Below are positions 21,627 through 30,396 of a DNA stretch of 64,000 nt, one piece after another; positions within the stretch are counted from its first letter, which is position 1; each line of letters starts with the position of its first letter. Origin of the DNA: Elusimicrobiota bacterium (GTDB taxonomy: Bacteria; Elusimicrobiota; Elusimicrobia; UBA1565; JACRDR01); assembly GCA_041694815.1 (NCBI GenBank), contig JBGFSC010000010.1, positions 77,922 through 141,921 on the forward strand, given 5' to 3'. The notes below the pieces were generated by a model, which saw only the letters and a list, made by a program, of their open reading frames with translations, made no database searches and was not told the DNA's origin. A program made the position numbers and the translations under genes.

Positions 21627-22610
21627 ATGACGACCACCCTGCCCCGAGAGCTGCAAGTCGACAAGCTGGTGCTGACCAAGCTCCGTGGATTCTGCGCCGG
21701 CGTCGTTCGCGCCATCGACATCGTCGAGCAGGCGCTTAACGCCCTCGGCCGCCCGGTCTACGTGCGCCATGAGATCATCCACAATCGCTACGTGGTCGAC
21801 GACCTGCGCGCCAAGGGCGCGGTCTTCGTGGAGGATTTCTCCGAAGTCCCGGAGGGGGCCTGGCTTATCTTCTCGGCCCACGGCGTCTCCCCCCAGGTGC
21901 GCGAGCAGGCGCGCGCCAAGAAGCTGCGCGTCATCGACGCCACTTGCCCGCTCGTGACCAAGGTGCACCTGGAGGCAATCCAATTCGCCAAGCAGGGGTA
22001 CACGATCATCCTCATCGGCCACGACGATCACGTGGAGACGATCGGAACGATGGGCGAGGCCCCGGAGCATATCCGGGTCGTGGGGACACGCGAGGAGGCC
22101 GAGGCCGTCGAGGTGCCCAATCCCGACAAAGTATCGTATCTGACCCAGACAACCCTGAGCCTCGATGACACCGAGGAGATCGTGAACGTGCTCAAGAGGC
22201 GCTTCCCGAAGCTCGCGCTGCCCCGCAAGGACGATATCTGCTACGCCACGCAGAACCGCCAGAATGCCGTCAAGGCGATCGTGCCCCACATCGACCTATT
22301 GCTGGTCCTGGGCGCTCCGAACAGCTCTAATTCCGTGCGCCTGCGCGAGGTGGCCCAAGCCAAGGGTGCTAAGGCACATCTAATCGAGCGAGCGACCGAC
22401 ATCCGCAAGGAATGGATGGCGGGAGTCAAGACCCTTGGTCTGACCGCCAGCGCCTCGGCCCCCGAGGTGCTGGTGCAGGAGGTCGTGGACTTCTGTAAGC
22501 GGGAACTCGGCGTGAGGACGGTTGAGGAGTTCGAGACCGTCGAGGAGGACATGAAGTTCTCCCTTCCGTACGAGCTCGAGCAACTCATCAAGAAGAATTC
22601 GCCGCGATGA
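21627..22610 (+). CDS. ispH: HMBPP reductase
   Basis: GFCAGV, SAHG, DATCPLV, ICYATQNRQ, NSSNS. Confidence 0.96.
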   Translation: MTTTLPRELQVDKLVLTKLRGFCAGVVRAIDIVEQALNALGRPVYVRHEIIHNRYVVDDLRAKGAVFVEDFSEVPEGAWLIFSAHGVSPQVREQARAKKLRVIDATCPLVTKVHLEAIQFAKQGYTIILIGHDDHVETIGTMGEAPEHIRVVGTREEAEAVEVPNPDKVSYLTQTTLSLDDTEEIVNVLKRRFPKLALPRKDDICYATQNRQNAVKAIVPHIDLLLVLGAPNSSNSVRLREVAQAKGAKAHLIERATDIRKEWMAGVKTLGLTASASAPEVLVQEVVDFCKRELGVRTVEEFETVEEDMKFSLPYELEQLIKKNSPR

Positions 22611-22801
22611 AGGCCGCGCGCTGGCTAGAGCCCCGCTACACCGACCGCTCCGTCTTCGAGAAGGATTTTCCCGGTATCGACATCAACGGCCTCCAGGTCT
22701 ATTGCCCTGGCTGCCGAAACCTGGTGCGCCTGGCCCGCAAATCCCCCAGCGGCAAGATCGCCGGCTGGTGCAAGACCTGCAACCGGGCCGTCGCCCCATG
22801 A
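22607..22801 (+). CDS. Small zinc-ribbon protein
   Basis: CPGC...CKTC; ATGA overlap with the ispH stop. Confidence 0.7.
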   Translation: MKAARWLEPRYTDRSVFEKDFPGIDINGLQVYCPGCRNLVRLARKSPSGKIAGWCKTCNRAVAP

Positions 22802-23463
22802 TCGCGGGGCTCAACCAGCAATGCGTCGTCATCGCCCGTCTGGCCGATTTTTGCCGCTACGGCTCGGCCGTCTCCTCCTATGAGAGCGACCCCTGGCTCT
22901 ATATGCGATCGAAGCTCCAGGAAACCGAGGGCCCCTTGCGGGAGCTCAAGCATGCCTCGCTGCTAAGCGCCCGTGAGCGTTTCCTTAAGCAGCTCGGGGA
23001 GGGAGCTCCTAGCGAACAGGCCCTGGGCACGCTCAAGGAGGCCCTCGACCGCTACCTCTCGCGCGGCGACTTCGTGGACGCCTGCTTCCATCTGACCCCC
23101 GAAAACTTGGCCGACCCCCGGCGCCTGCGCGATGCCACGGCGATGCTCGAAAGCCTCAAGGTCCACTCCCTTTTCGACGAGGAGGCCAAACCAGAGGAGA
23201 AACGGAGCCCGGCCCACCAAAAACTGGTCGGCGAGCTCTACGGCCGGCTGCGGCTCGACGTTTTCGAGCGTGTTCTCTCGCGCAAGCCAGTCACGCCCCT
23301 GCGCAAGAAACGGGTCCTGCGCCGCATGCGTGTGAACGTGGCCGAGTACTGCTCGATCCTGCATTTGCCCTCCTCGCCGGACGACACCTTCTCCCCTTTC
23401 CTATTGTCCAAGGTCGAGGCCCTCGTCGTGGCCTGCCTGAGGCTGCTCAATCGATTCCGTTGA
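22798..23463 (+). CDS. Hypothetical helical protein
   Basis: ATGA-coupled to the preceding ORF; no recognised motif. Confidence 0.65.
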   Translation: MIAGLNQQCVVIARLADFCRYGSAVSSYESDPWLYMRSKLQETEGPLRELKHASLLSARERFLKQLGEGAPSEQALGTLKEALDRYLSRGDFVDACFHLTPENLADPRRLRDATAMLESLKVHSLFDEEAKPEEKRSPAHQKLVGELYGRLRLDVFERVLSRKPVTPLRKKRVLRRMRVNVAEYCSILHLPSSPDDTFSPFLLSKVEALVVACLRLLNRFR

Positions 23464-23483
23464 ATCGTGGTATAATAACGACC

Positions 23484-23756
23484 GTGGAAGCGACGCTCGA
23501 GGAAATACCCGCCCTAGAAAGGCCGCCGGAAGAGCAACGAGACCCGGCCAAGCTCAAACAGCGCAAGCCCCCAGAACGCGGCCTTTGCCGGCGCTGCGGG
23601 CTCAATAAGCCGGTCAACCGGCTCATGCTTTGCTATCCCTGCTGGGTCAAAACCGAGCTGGAGGACAAGTCCGGCTGGCGCGAGGGAATGCCCCACCCGG
23701 ACTGGTGCCGCTGCGAGGGACTGCCAGAACACGCGCGCCGCAACGACGGCAACTGA
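23484..23756 (+). CDS. Small Cys/His-rich putative metal-binding protein
   Basis: CRRC-x9-CYPC and HPDWCRC; GTG 7 nt after TATAAT. Confidence 0.6.
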   Translation: MEATLEEIPALERPPEEQRDPAKLKQRKPPERGLCRRCGLNKPVNRLMLCYPCWVKTELEDKSGWREGMPHPDWCRCEGLPEHARRNDGN

Positions 23757-24359
23757 TTGCTGCGAATTCTGGCGAAACTCTCGGCCGCGGCCGTCCTGGG
23801 CACGGCTTTTTTCCTTGGCGGCATCGGTTGGTGGATCGACAGCTCCGACGAGCCGGCACCGGCCGATGCGATCGTGGTGCTGGCGGGGGGCTACACCAGG
23901 CCCATCTACGGCGCCGAGCTCTATCGCAGGGGACTGGCGCCCGAGGTTTGGATCAGTCAGCCCAAACCCAGCCCCGAGAAGGACGCGGTCCGCGCCCTGG
24001 GCGTCCCCTTCCCGCGCGAGGAGGCCGTCAACCGCGCGGTGCTCATCGCCAAGGGCGTACCCCCCTCTAGAATCCGTCTCTACGGCTTAGACGCCGACAG
24101 CACCCTTGACGAGGCCCGCGCGCTCGACCGGGAGCTGCGCTGCGACGGCAAGAAAATCCTCGTCGTGACCTCACGCTACCATGTCCGGCGTGCCCGCCTC
24201 ATCTTCCGACGGGCGCTGCCGCGCTCGGATATCCGCGTGACGGCCTCCCCCTTTGACGATCCGAAAACGCATTGGTGGATGGACAAGCATTTCGCGCCGA
24301 AGGCAGCGCTCGAGGCAGTCAAGACCGTCTATTATTGGGTCCGCGAACCCTTTATTTAA
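23757..24359 (+). CDS. YdcF/DUF218 family protein
   Basis: ADAIVVLAGG, STLDEA, VVTSRYHVRRA. Confidence 0.85.
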   Translation: MLRILAKLSAAAVLGTAFFLGGIGWWIDSSDEPAPADAIVVLAGGYTRPIYGAELYRRGLAPEVWISQPKPSPEKDAVRALGVPFPREEAVNRAVLIAKGVPPSRIRLYGLDADSTLDEARALDRELRCDGKKILVVTSRYHVRRARLIFRRALPRSDIRVTASPFDDPKTHWWMDKHFAPKAALEAVKTVYYWVREPFI

Positions 24360-24891
24360 AAACGCGGCTTCGGTAGTACGCCAGCTCGGCGATCGATTCC
24401 TTGACGTCGCCCATCGCCAGATGGGCGTGGTTCTTCTGCACGGGGAGCGCCTCGTTGGGATACCAGCGAGCCACGAGCTCCTTGAGGGAGGAGACGTCCA
24501 CCATGCGGTAATGGAGATACTGATGGATCCGGGGCATGTAACGCGCCAAAAAACGGCGGTCCTGGTGGATGGAATTGCCGCAAAGCGGCACCGCCTTCTC
24601 GGGGCAAAAATTGCGGATCACCTCCAGGGTGGCCGCCTCGGCCTCGGCCATCCGGATCTTCGACTCGCGGACGCGCTGCGTGAGGCCGGAGGCCCCGTGA
24701 TGCTCGATGCACCAGGGGTCCATCCGTGCCAGCACCTCCTCGGGCTGGTGCACGGCAATGCAGGGACCCTCGTGCAGGGTGTTGAGCTCGCCGTCGGTGA
24801 TGATGGTCGCGATCTCCAGGATGGTGTCTAGCTCGGGATCGAGCCCCGTCATCTCGAGGTCCATCCACACGAGATTGCGAGAGCTTCTCAC
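24352..24891 (-). CDS. orn: Oligoribonuclease
   Basis: WMDLEMTGL, CGNSIHQDRRFL, HYRMVDVSSLKEL. Confidence 0.97.
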   Translation of the reverse strand: MRSSRNLVWMDLEMTGLDPELDTILEIATIITDGELNTLHEGPCIAVHQPEEVLARMDPWCIEHHGASGLTQRVRESKIRMAEAEAATLEVIRNFCPEKAVPLCGNSIHQDRRFLARYMPRIHQYLHYRMVDVSSLKELVARWYPNEALPVQKNHAHLAMGDVKESIAELAYYRSRVFK

Positions 24892-24908
24892 GGCACCAGT
24901 CTAACACA

Positions 24909-25724
24909 TTAGGCGGCGCCTATGGCACCGAAGAATTCCAGGAGCAGGGTCGCCGTCTCGCCGGGCGCGTCCAGCGGGATATGATGGTAGGCGCCAGGGA
25001 TTTCCCGGACGCGCGCCCCGGCCCGCCGGGCTATCTCCTCGAGATGCTCGCGCGGCATCAAGGGCGAGAGCTCTCCCCGAACGGCCAAAATGGGTATCCG
25101 GATTTCGGGCAAGAGGGGCCAGACGGGCGTGTAGGCATGTCCTAACAGCCTCCAATCGAATTTCCAGGTCCAACGGCCCTCGGGGGTTTGGCGGACGCAC
25201 CGCTCTCCCAGACGCTCGAGCTCGCCGGAGGGCAGAACGGTGCCGCCCGGCTCCAGGCGGAAGCGCCGCAATATCTCCTCCCGGGACCCGTACGCGGGCT
25301 GTGGGCGGTGGCGCGCCCTCGCCAGGTGGCCGATGGACCTTCGCGAGAACTCGCAGAGGAAGTCGAGGCCGGCGACGGCCTTGAGGCCCGTTGGCGCATG
25401 CGCGGCGTAGGCCAGGGCGACCCGCGCGCCGAAGGAATGTCCGACCAAGTAGAACTCGGAGAGGCCTAAGCCCCGCTTGGCGGCGTCGATATCCTCCAGA
25501 AAGCCTTCGAGCCCGTAGGCCCCGTCCGCGGTCCATTCACTGTCGCCGTGGCCCCTGAAATCGAGGGCGATCGGCCTGAGCCCCTTAAGAAGGGGCGCGG
25601 CGGAGTTCCACCAATGCGTGTTCCCCATCATCCCGTGCAGGAGAAGCACGGGGGGGCCTGCCCCTCCCCAATCCTCGAGATGGAGGCGCACGCTTCTTCC
25701 AGGAACGGTCAAGGAACGGCTCAT
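24909..25724 (-). CDS. Alpha/beta hydrolase
   Basis: LLHG, DFRGHGDS, GHSFG nucleophile elbow, GAYHH. Confidence 0.88.
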   Translation of the reverse strand: MSRSLTVPGRSVRLHLEDWGGAGPPVLLLHGMMGNTHWWNSAAPLLKGLRPIALDFRGHGDSEWTADGAYGLEGFLEDIDAAKRGLGLSEFYLVGHSFGARVALAYAAHAPTGLKAVAGLDFLCEFSRRSIGHLARARHRPQPAYGSREEILRRFRLEPGGTVLPSGELERLGERCVRQTPEGRWTWKFDWRLLGHAYTPVWPLLPEIRIPILAVRGELSPLMPREHLEEIARRAGARVREIPGAYHHIPLDAPGETATLLLEFFGAIGAA

Positions 25725-25734
25725 GGACGCCCTA

Positions 25735-25761
25735 AAACACAAAACCCACCTTTCGGTGGGT
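25735..25761 (-). terminator. Intrinsic terminator in the leader of the hydrolase gene
   Basis: ACCCACC-GAAA-GGTGGGT followed by TTTGTGTTTT on the minus strand. Confidence 0.7.
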
Positions 25762-25804
25762 CGGTCTGTCCATTTCTCGTCGACAGTTCGAAATTCGTTA
25801 AGTC

Positions 25805-25834
25805 ATTATACCACGAAAAAACATACCGGGTCAA
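25805..25834 (-). promoter_or_regulatory. Sigma70-type promoter
   Basis: TTGACC-N18-TATAAT with TG extension. Confidence 0.65.
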
Positions 25835-25872
25835 GCAAAATATCGGGGGCGTCGAAATGCTATAAATTCCTC

Positions 25873-27000
25873 ATGTGGGACGTATGGGTTTTAGGCGGCG
25901 CCCGGACTCCGTTCGCCCTATGGGCCGGCGGCAAGCTCCCGGACGGCTCCTCCGGAGGCGCCTTCAAGTCAATCGATCCGTTCGACCTGGGCGCCGCGGC
26001 ACTGCGCGGCGCCCTGGAGCGCTCGCGGACGAGGGCCGAATCGCTAGGACTCGTGCTCTTTAGCCAGATGTATGCGGTAGGCGCCCACGCCTGCTACGGG
26101 GCGCGCTACGTCGCGCACCGCGCCGGCGTCCCGCCAACCGTACCCTGCCTCTCTCCGGCCATGTCCTGCGGCTCCGGCCTCTACGCCCTGCTTTGCGCCT
26201 GCCAGGAAATCGCCTCGGGCTCCGCGACGCTTGCCGCCGCCGGCGGCAGTGAGAACGTCAGCATGGTCCGCCGGGACGTCTTGATCCCGTCGTTTAAGGA
26301 CATCTCCTGCGACCGCCAAATCGCGAAAACGGTGGAGGACTTGGCCCTGGAATTCGGCATCGGGAGGGCCGAGCAGGATGCATGGGCTCTGCGCAGCCAC
26401 CGCAGGGCCGCCGAGGCGAGGCTCCGGGGCCGGACCGCCGAGGAGCTCGTGAAGGTCGCTGGGCTTTCCTTCGATGACGCCGTCCTGCCGGAGGCGGACG
26501 CCTCCGCCTTCTCCGCCGCGGAACCGACCAACGGCGAGGGAGGCATGGTGACGGCGGCCAATTCCCACCGCTTGGTCGACGGGGCCGCCGCCTTGATTCT
26601 CTGTGCCGCGGGCGCCGCTCCGCAAGGAACCGAGCCCTTAGGCCGCATACGCGCCGGCGCCTACGCGGCGACCGCGCCACATCGCATGGCGTACGCCTCG
26701 GTGCCGGCGGTGGAGCGCCTGCTTTCCTTGGCCGGCCTCCGCCTGGCGGACATCGACCTATTCGAAATCAACGAGACCTTCGCGGCCCAGACCCTGCTCG
26801 ATTTGAGGCAATTGGGCATCGCCGAGGATCGCGTAAACGTGAACGGAGGGGCGATCGCCTTCGGGCATCCTTTCGCCGCCACGGGTTGCCGCCAAGTCCT
26901 TTCGCTACTGCTCGAGCTGCGCCGGCGCGGACTCAAGCGCGGCGTGGCTTCCATCTGCATCGGCGGAGGCCAAGGCATCGCCCTTTTGCTGGAGCGCTAA
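25873..27000 (+). CDS. Thiolase (acetyl-CoA acyltransferase) family
   Basis: RTPF, CGSG, EINETF, NVNGGAIAFGHP, CIGGGQG. Confidence 0.9.
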   Translation: MWDVWVLGGARTPFALWAGGKLPDGSSGGAFKSIDPFDLGAAALRGALERSRTRAESLGLVLFSQMYAVGAHACYGARYVAHRAGVPPTVPCLSPAMSCGSGLYALLCACQEIASGSATLAAAGGSENVSMVRRDVLIPSFKDISCDRQIAKTVEDLALEFGIGRAEQDAWALRSHRRAAEARLRGRTAEELVKVAGLSFDDAVLPEADASAFSAAEPTNGEGGMVTAANSHRLVDGAAALILCAAGAAPQGTEPLGRIRAGAYAATAPHRMAYASVPAVERLLSLAGLRLADIDLFEINETFAAQTLLDLRQLGIAEDRVNVNGGAIAFGHPFAATGCRQVLSLLLELRRRGLKRGVASICIGGGQGIALLLER

Positions 27001-28175
27001 TGCCCTTGGCGCGCCTGAAAGCGTTGTTCAAGCGTAAGCCGGCCCCCGAGCAGGCCTATTACAGCGACGCGCCCGCCGAATACACGGGGGGCAACCGGCT
27101 CCAACTCCTTGTCGACGGCAAGGAGGCCTACCCCGCCATGCTGGCGGCGATCGCTTCCGCCAAGCACAGCGTCCACCTGGAAAGCTACATCCTGCGCAGC
27201 GACAGCACCGGCTGGGAGTTCGCCCGCCTCATGGCCGAAAAGGCCCGTGCCGCGGTGCAGGTGCGCGTGATCTTCGACGCGATCGGATCGCTGGATCTCG
27301 ACGCCGGCTACCTCCAATTCCTGCGCAACAACGGCATCTCCTTCCTGGAATACCATCCGGTCGCCCCATGGAGACCTCGTTGGGCCTGGGGCCGGAGGGA
27401 CCACCGTAAAGTGCTCGTCGTCGACGGCCGGGTTGGATTCACCGGCGGGCTCAATATCGCCGACGACTACGCGGATCCCGCCGTGGGAGGCGGCGGCTGG
27501 CGGGACACGGCCGTGCGCATCGAGGGGCCGGCAGCCTACGAGCTCGACCACCTCTTCCGGGCGGTATGGTACCGCGAGACAGGGCGCTGGTTCGGCCTGC
27601 ATGGGCATCCGGAGGACGCGGCGGGCGACAGCCTCGTGCGCGTCTCCGCCAACCAGGAGTTCCTCCACCGGCACCGCATCCGCAAAGCCTATCTATACGC
27701 CCTGCGCCGCGCGCGGCGCTCGGTCTGCATCGCCAACGCCTATTACGTCCCGGATCGCCGCATCCGGCGCGCGCTCTACGCCGCCGTCCGGCGCGGAGTC
27801 GAGGTCCGAGCCCTGGTGCAGGGCGAGGCCGACGTCGCGGCCGTCGCCTACGCCGGCCGATACCTCTACGAGGAGCACTTACGTAACGGTGTCAAGCTCT
27901 ACGTCTGGCCCGGCCCCGTGCTGCACGCAAAGACCGTGGCCATCGATGGGGTCTGGAGCGCGGTGGGATCCTACAATATGGACCACCTCTCCCTGCTCCG
28001 CAATCTCGAGGTCAATCTCCAGGTGCTCGATGAAAAATTTACCCGGCAGCTCGAGGATCTTTTCCAAAGGGACGTTGCCAGATCCGAACCCCTCCTTCTG
28101 TCCCAATGGCGGCTGCGCCCATGGCAGGACAAGGCATTGGAGCGCTGTTTTTACCTGATGCGTTATTGGCTGTAA
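27000..28175 (+). CDS. Cardiolipin synthase (ClsB-like, PLD family)
   Basis: Two HKD motifs (HRKVLVVD, HAKTVAID), WRDT, GSYN. Confidence 0.9.
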   Translation: MPLARLKALFKRKPAPEQAYYSDAPAEYTGGNRLQLLVDGKEAYPAMLAAIASAKHSVHLESYILRSDSTGWEFARLMAEKARAAVQVRVIFDAIGSLDLDAGYLQFLRNNGISFLEYHPVAPWRPRWAWGRRDHRKVLVVDGRVGFTGGLNIADDYADPAVGGGGWRDTAVRIEGPAAYELDHLFRAVWYRETGRWFGLHGHPEDAAGDSLVRVSANQEFLHRHRIRKAYLYALRRARRSVCIANAYYVPDRRIRRALYAAVRRGVEVRALVQGEADVAAVAYAGRYLYEEHLRNGVKLYVWPGPVLHAKTVAIDGVWSAVGSYNMDHLSLLRNLEVNLQVLDEKFTRQLEDLFQRDVARSEPLLLSQWRLRPWQDKALERCFYLMRYWL

Positions 28176-28193
28176 ATTGTTAAATTAGTTCCG

Positions 28194-28655
28194 GTGAAGC
28201 TTTACGTCCTACGGCACGGCAAATCCCCCACCATCGCGGAATCCAAGGTGCGCCGCGACGCCGACCGGCCTATCTCCGAGCAAGGGCGCCAAGACATCCG
28301 CCGGCTCGGCAATGAACTGGCCGCGCGAGGGGGGCGGCCCCTGATCGTGCTGGCCAGCCCGCTCAAGCGCGCGCAGCAGACGGCCAATGAGATCGCCGCT
28401 ATCCTCAAGCCCTCCTCCGGCGTGAAAACCTTCGAGCCCCTGGCCAACCAGCTCACCGGAGAGATGCTATTTAGCCATCTGCTGCGCGAAGCGGAGAAAT
28501 TCCCCGAGCTGCTGGCCGTGGGGCATCAGCCGCAGCTAGGGGAAATGGTGTCCTATGCGACGGGCCAGATCGTGGAGATCAGGCCCGGCGGGCTGGTGGC
28601 CTTGGAGACAAACTCCAAAGGGCAGGCCACCATCCTATGGTCTCAAAATCCCTAA
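28194..28655 (+). CDS. sixA: Phosphohistidine phosphatase SixA-like
   Basis: LRHG, SPLKRAQQT, VGHQP. Confidence 0.85.
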   Translation: MKLYVLRHGKSPTIAESKVRRDADRPISEQGRQDIRRLGNELAARGGRPLIVLASPLKRAQQTANEIAAILKPSSGVKTFEPLANQLTGEMLFSHLLREAEKFPELLAVGHQPQLGEMVSYATGQIVEIRPGGLVALETNSKGQATILWSQNP

Positions 28656-29941
28656 CGCTAGCCTGCCTCTTCTTTCCGGCCCTTGCGCAAGCCGCCGCGC
28701 CCAAAACGCCTTCCCCTAACGTCATCCTCATCGCGGTGGACACCCTGCGAGCCGACCATACGGGCTTTCTGGGATACTCTAGGGATGTCACGCCACGCCT
28801 TGACGAGCTCAGCCGCAAATCCTACGTGTTCAGCCAGGCCATCGCACAGGCGCCCTGGACGTTGCCCTCGATCCTTTCGGTGTTCACTTCCCTCCCCCCC
28901 CACGCTCACGGGATCGTCAATAAGTTTGACCTGTCGGCAGGCGAAGCGCTCAAGCTCGCGAGCCTCCCGAAAGACCTGGCAACCCTACCGCGCGTATTCA
29001 AGGACAATGGCTACGCCACAGCCGCCTTCACCGGAGGCGCGGGACTGGCCGGTCATTTCGGCTTCTCCTCCGGCTTCGACGTCTACTCAGACTCGGAGAC
29101 CTTCGCCGGCTTCGACCGCACCGTTGGGCAGGCCCTGCGCTGGATCGAGAAGCACAGGGCAGACAAATTTTTTCTCTTTTTACATGGCTACGACGCGCAC
29201 GGCCAGTCCCCGCTGCGCCCCAAGCCGCGCTTCGCAGGCCGCAGTTATGGACGCCACCTCGACCTACCCTCGCAGGCCCGGCGCCTGAGGATACAAACCG
29301 TCAAAAACGAGCCCATCGAGATCTCCTCGGCCGAGCTGAGGCTGCTTATCGACCGCTACGATGATAAGGTAGCCCATGCCGACGCACAGTTGGGCCGTTT
29401 TCTGGCCCGATTGGCCCAGCTCGGCCTCTTGGAAAATTCCATCATCGCCTTGTTTTCCGACCACGGCGATCAATTCTACGAGCGCGGCGGCTTCGACCAT
29501 GGCACGACCCTCTACGACGAACTTATCCGAGTCCCTTTGCTGCTCTACACCCCGGGACGTCCCGGGGGCCGAATTGACTCGCAGGTGCGGCTTATCGACT
29601 TGATGCCGACCCTGCTGGAGTTGGCGTCCGTAAAAGCCCCGAGGGCGGCCATTAGGCAAATGCAGGGGCGCAGTCTCGCTCCCTTGATGGCGGGCGAGCC
29701 CCTCGATCTCCCGGCCCTCTCCGAGACTGATTTCCTGCTGCATGTCTTTAAGCGCTCCCTCAGGACGCCGGATGGATGGAAGCTGATTTATGACTTCGGC
29801 TCGGAAAGCGACGAAAGCCTCGAACTTTACAACTGGAAGGAAGATCCCGGTGAAAAGCGCAACCTCGCCGCCCAAGAACCGGAACGCGCCGCCCGCCTTA
29901 AACGGCAACTCCTTGAAATGATGAGGCCGGCCGAGCCCTAA
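28637..29941 (+). CDS. Secreted sulfatase/alkaline-phosphatase-superfamily protein
   Basis: NVILIAVDTLRADH, SDHG, DHG.TLYDELIRVPL, ELYN...DPGE. Confidence 0.85.
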   Translation: MVSKSLTLACLFFPALAQAAAPKTPSPNVILIAVDTLRADHTGFLGYSRDVTPRLDELSRKSYVFSQAIAQAPWTLPSILSVFTSLPPHAHGIVNKFDLSAGEALKLASLPKDLATLPRVFKDNGYATAAFTGGAGLAGHFGFSSGFDVYSDSETFAGFDRTVGQALRWIEKHRADKFFLFLHGYDAHGQSPLRPKPRFAGRSYGRHLDLPSQARRLRIQTVKNEPIEISSAELRLLIDRYDDKVAHADAQLGRFLARLAQLGLLENSIIALFSDHGDQFYERGGFDHGTTLYDELIRVPLLLYTPGRPGGRIDSQVRLIDLMPTLLELASVKAPRAAIRQMQGRSLAPLMAGEPLDLPALSETDFLLHVFKRSLRTPDGWKLIYDFGSESDESLELYNWKEDPGEKRNLAAQEPERAARLKRQLLEMMRPAEP

Positions 29942-30369
29942 ATCCAGTACAGCATGAGGTAAACGGCCACACCAGTGACCGAGACGTAGAGCCAGATCGG
30001 GAACGTGACGCGCGCGGTCCTGGAGTGCCGTAAAAAGTCCCCCCCCGGCCAAGATTTCCACGCCAGATAAAGCGTGCGGGCGGCCAAGGGCGGCACGGCA
30101 ACGGCCAAGACCGTATGCGAGATCAAGACGGCGAAGTAGAATCGGCGCAAAAGCCCGCCGCCCTGGAAGCGGACCGAGCCGACCTGGGCGTGGTAGAGCA
30201 GGTAAAAAACGAGGAAAAGAATGGAAAACGCGAACGCGGACGACATGCAGGCCAAATGGGCGCGAATACGCCTTTGGCGGATGAAGCGGTATCCCGCCAA
30301 GAGGCACGCGGCGCTGGCGGCGTTCAAAGCCGCGTTGACATGGGGGAGCAGGGGCAGGAGCTCGGCCAT
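29938..30369 (-). CDS. DUF420 membrane protein
   Basis: LPHVNAALN, LISHTVLA, IWLYVSVTG. Confidence 0.88.
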   Translation of the reverse strand: MAELLPLLPHVNAALNAASAACLLAGYRFIRQRRIRAHLACMSSAFAFSILFLVFYLLYHAQVGSVRFQGGGLLRRFYFAVLISHTVLAVAVPPLAARTLYLAWKSWPGGDFLRHSRTARVTFPIWLYVSVTGVAVYLMLYWI

Positions 30370-30396
30370 CGCGGATATTAAATAAAATTTACTCGC

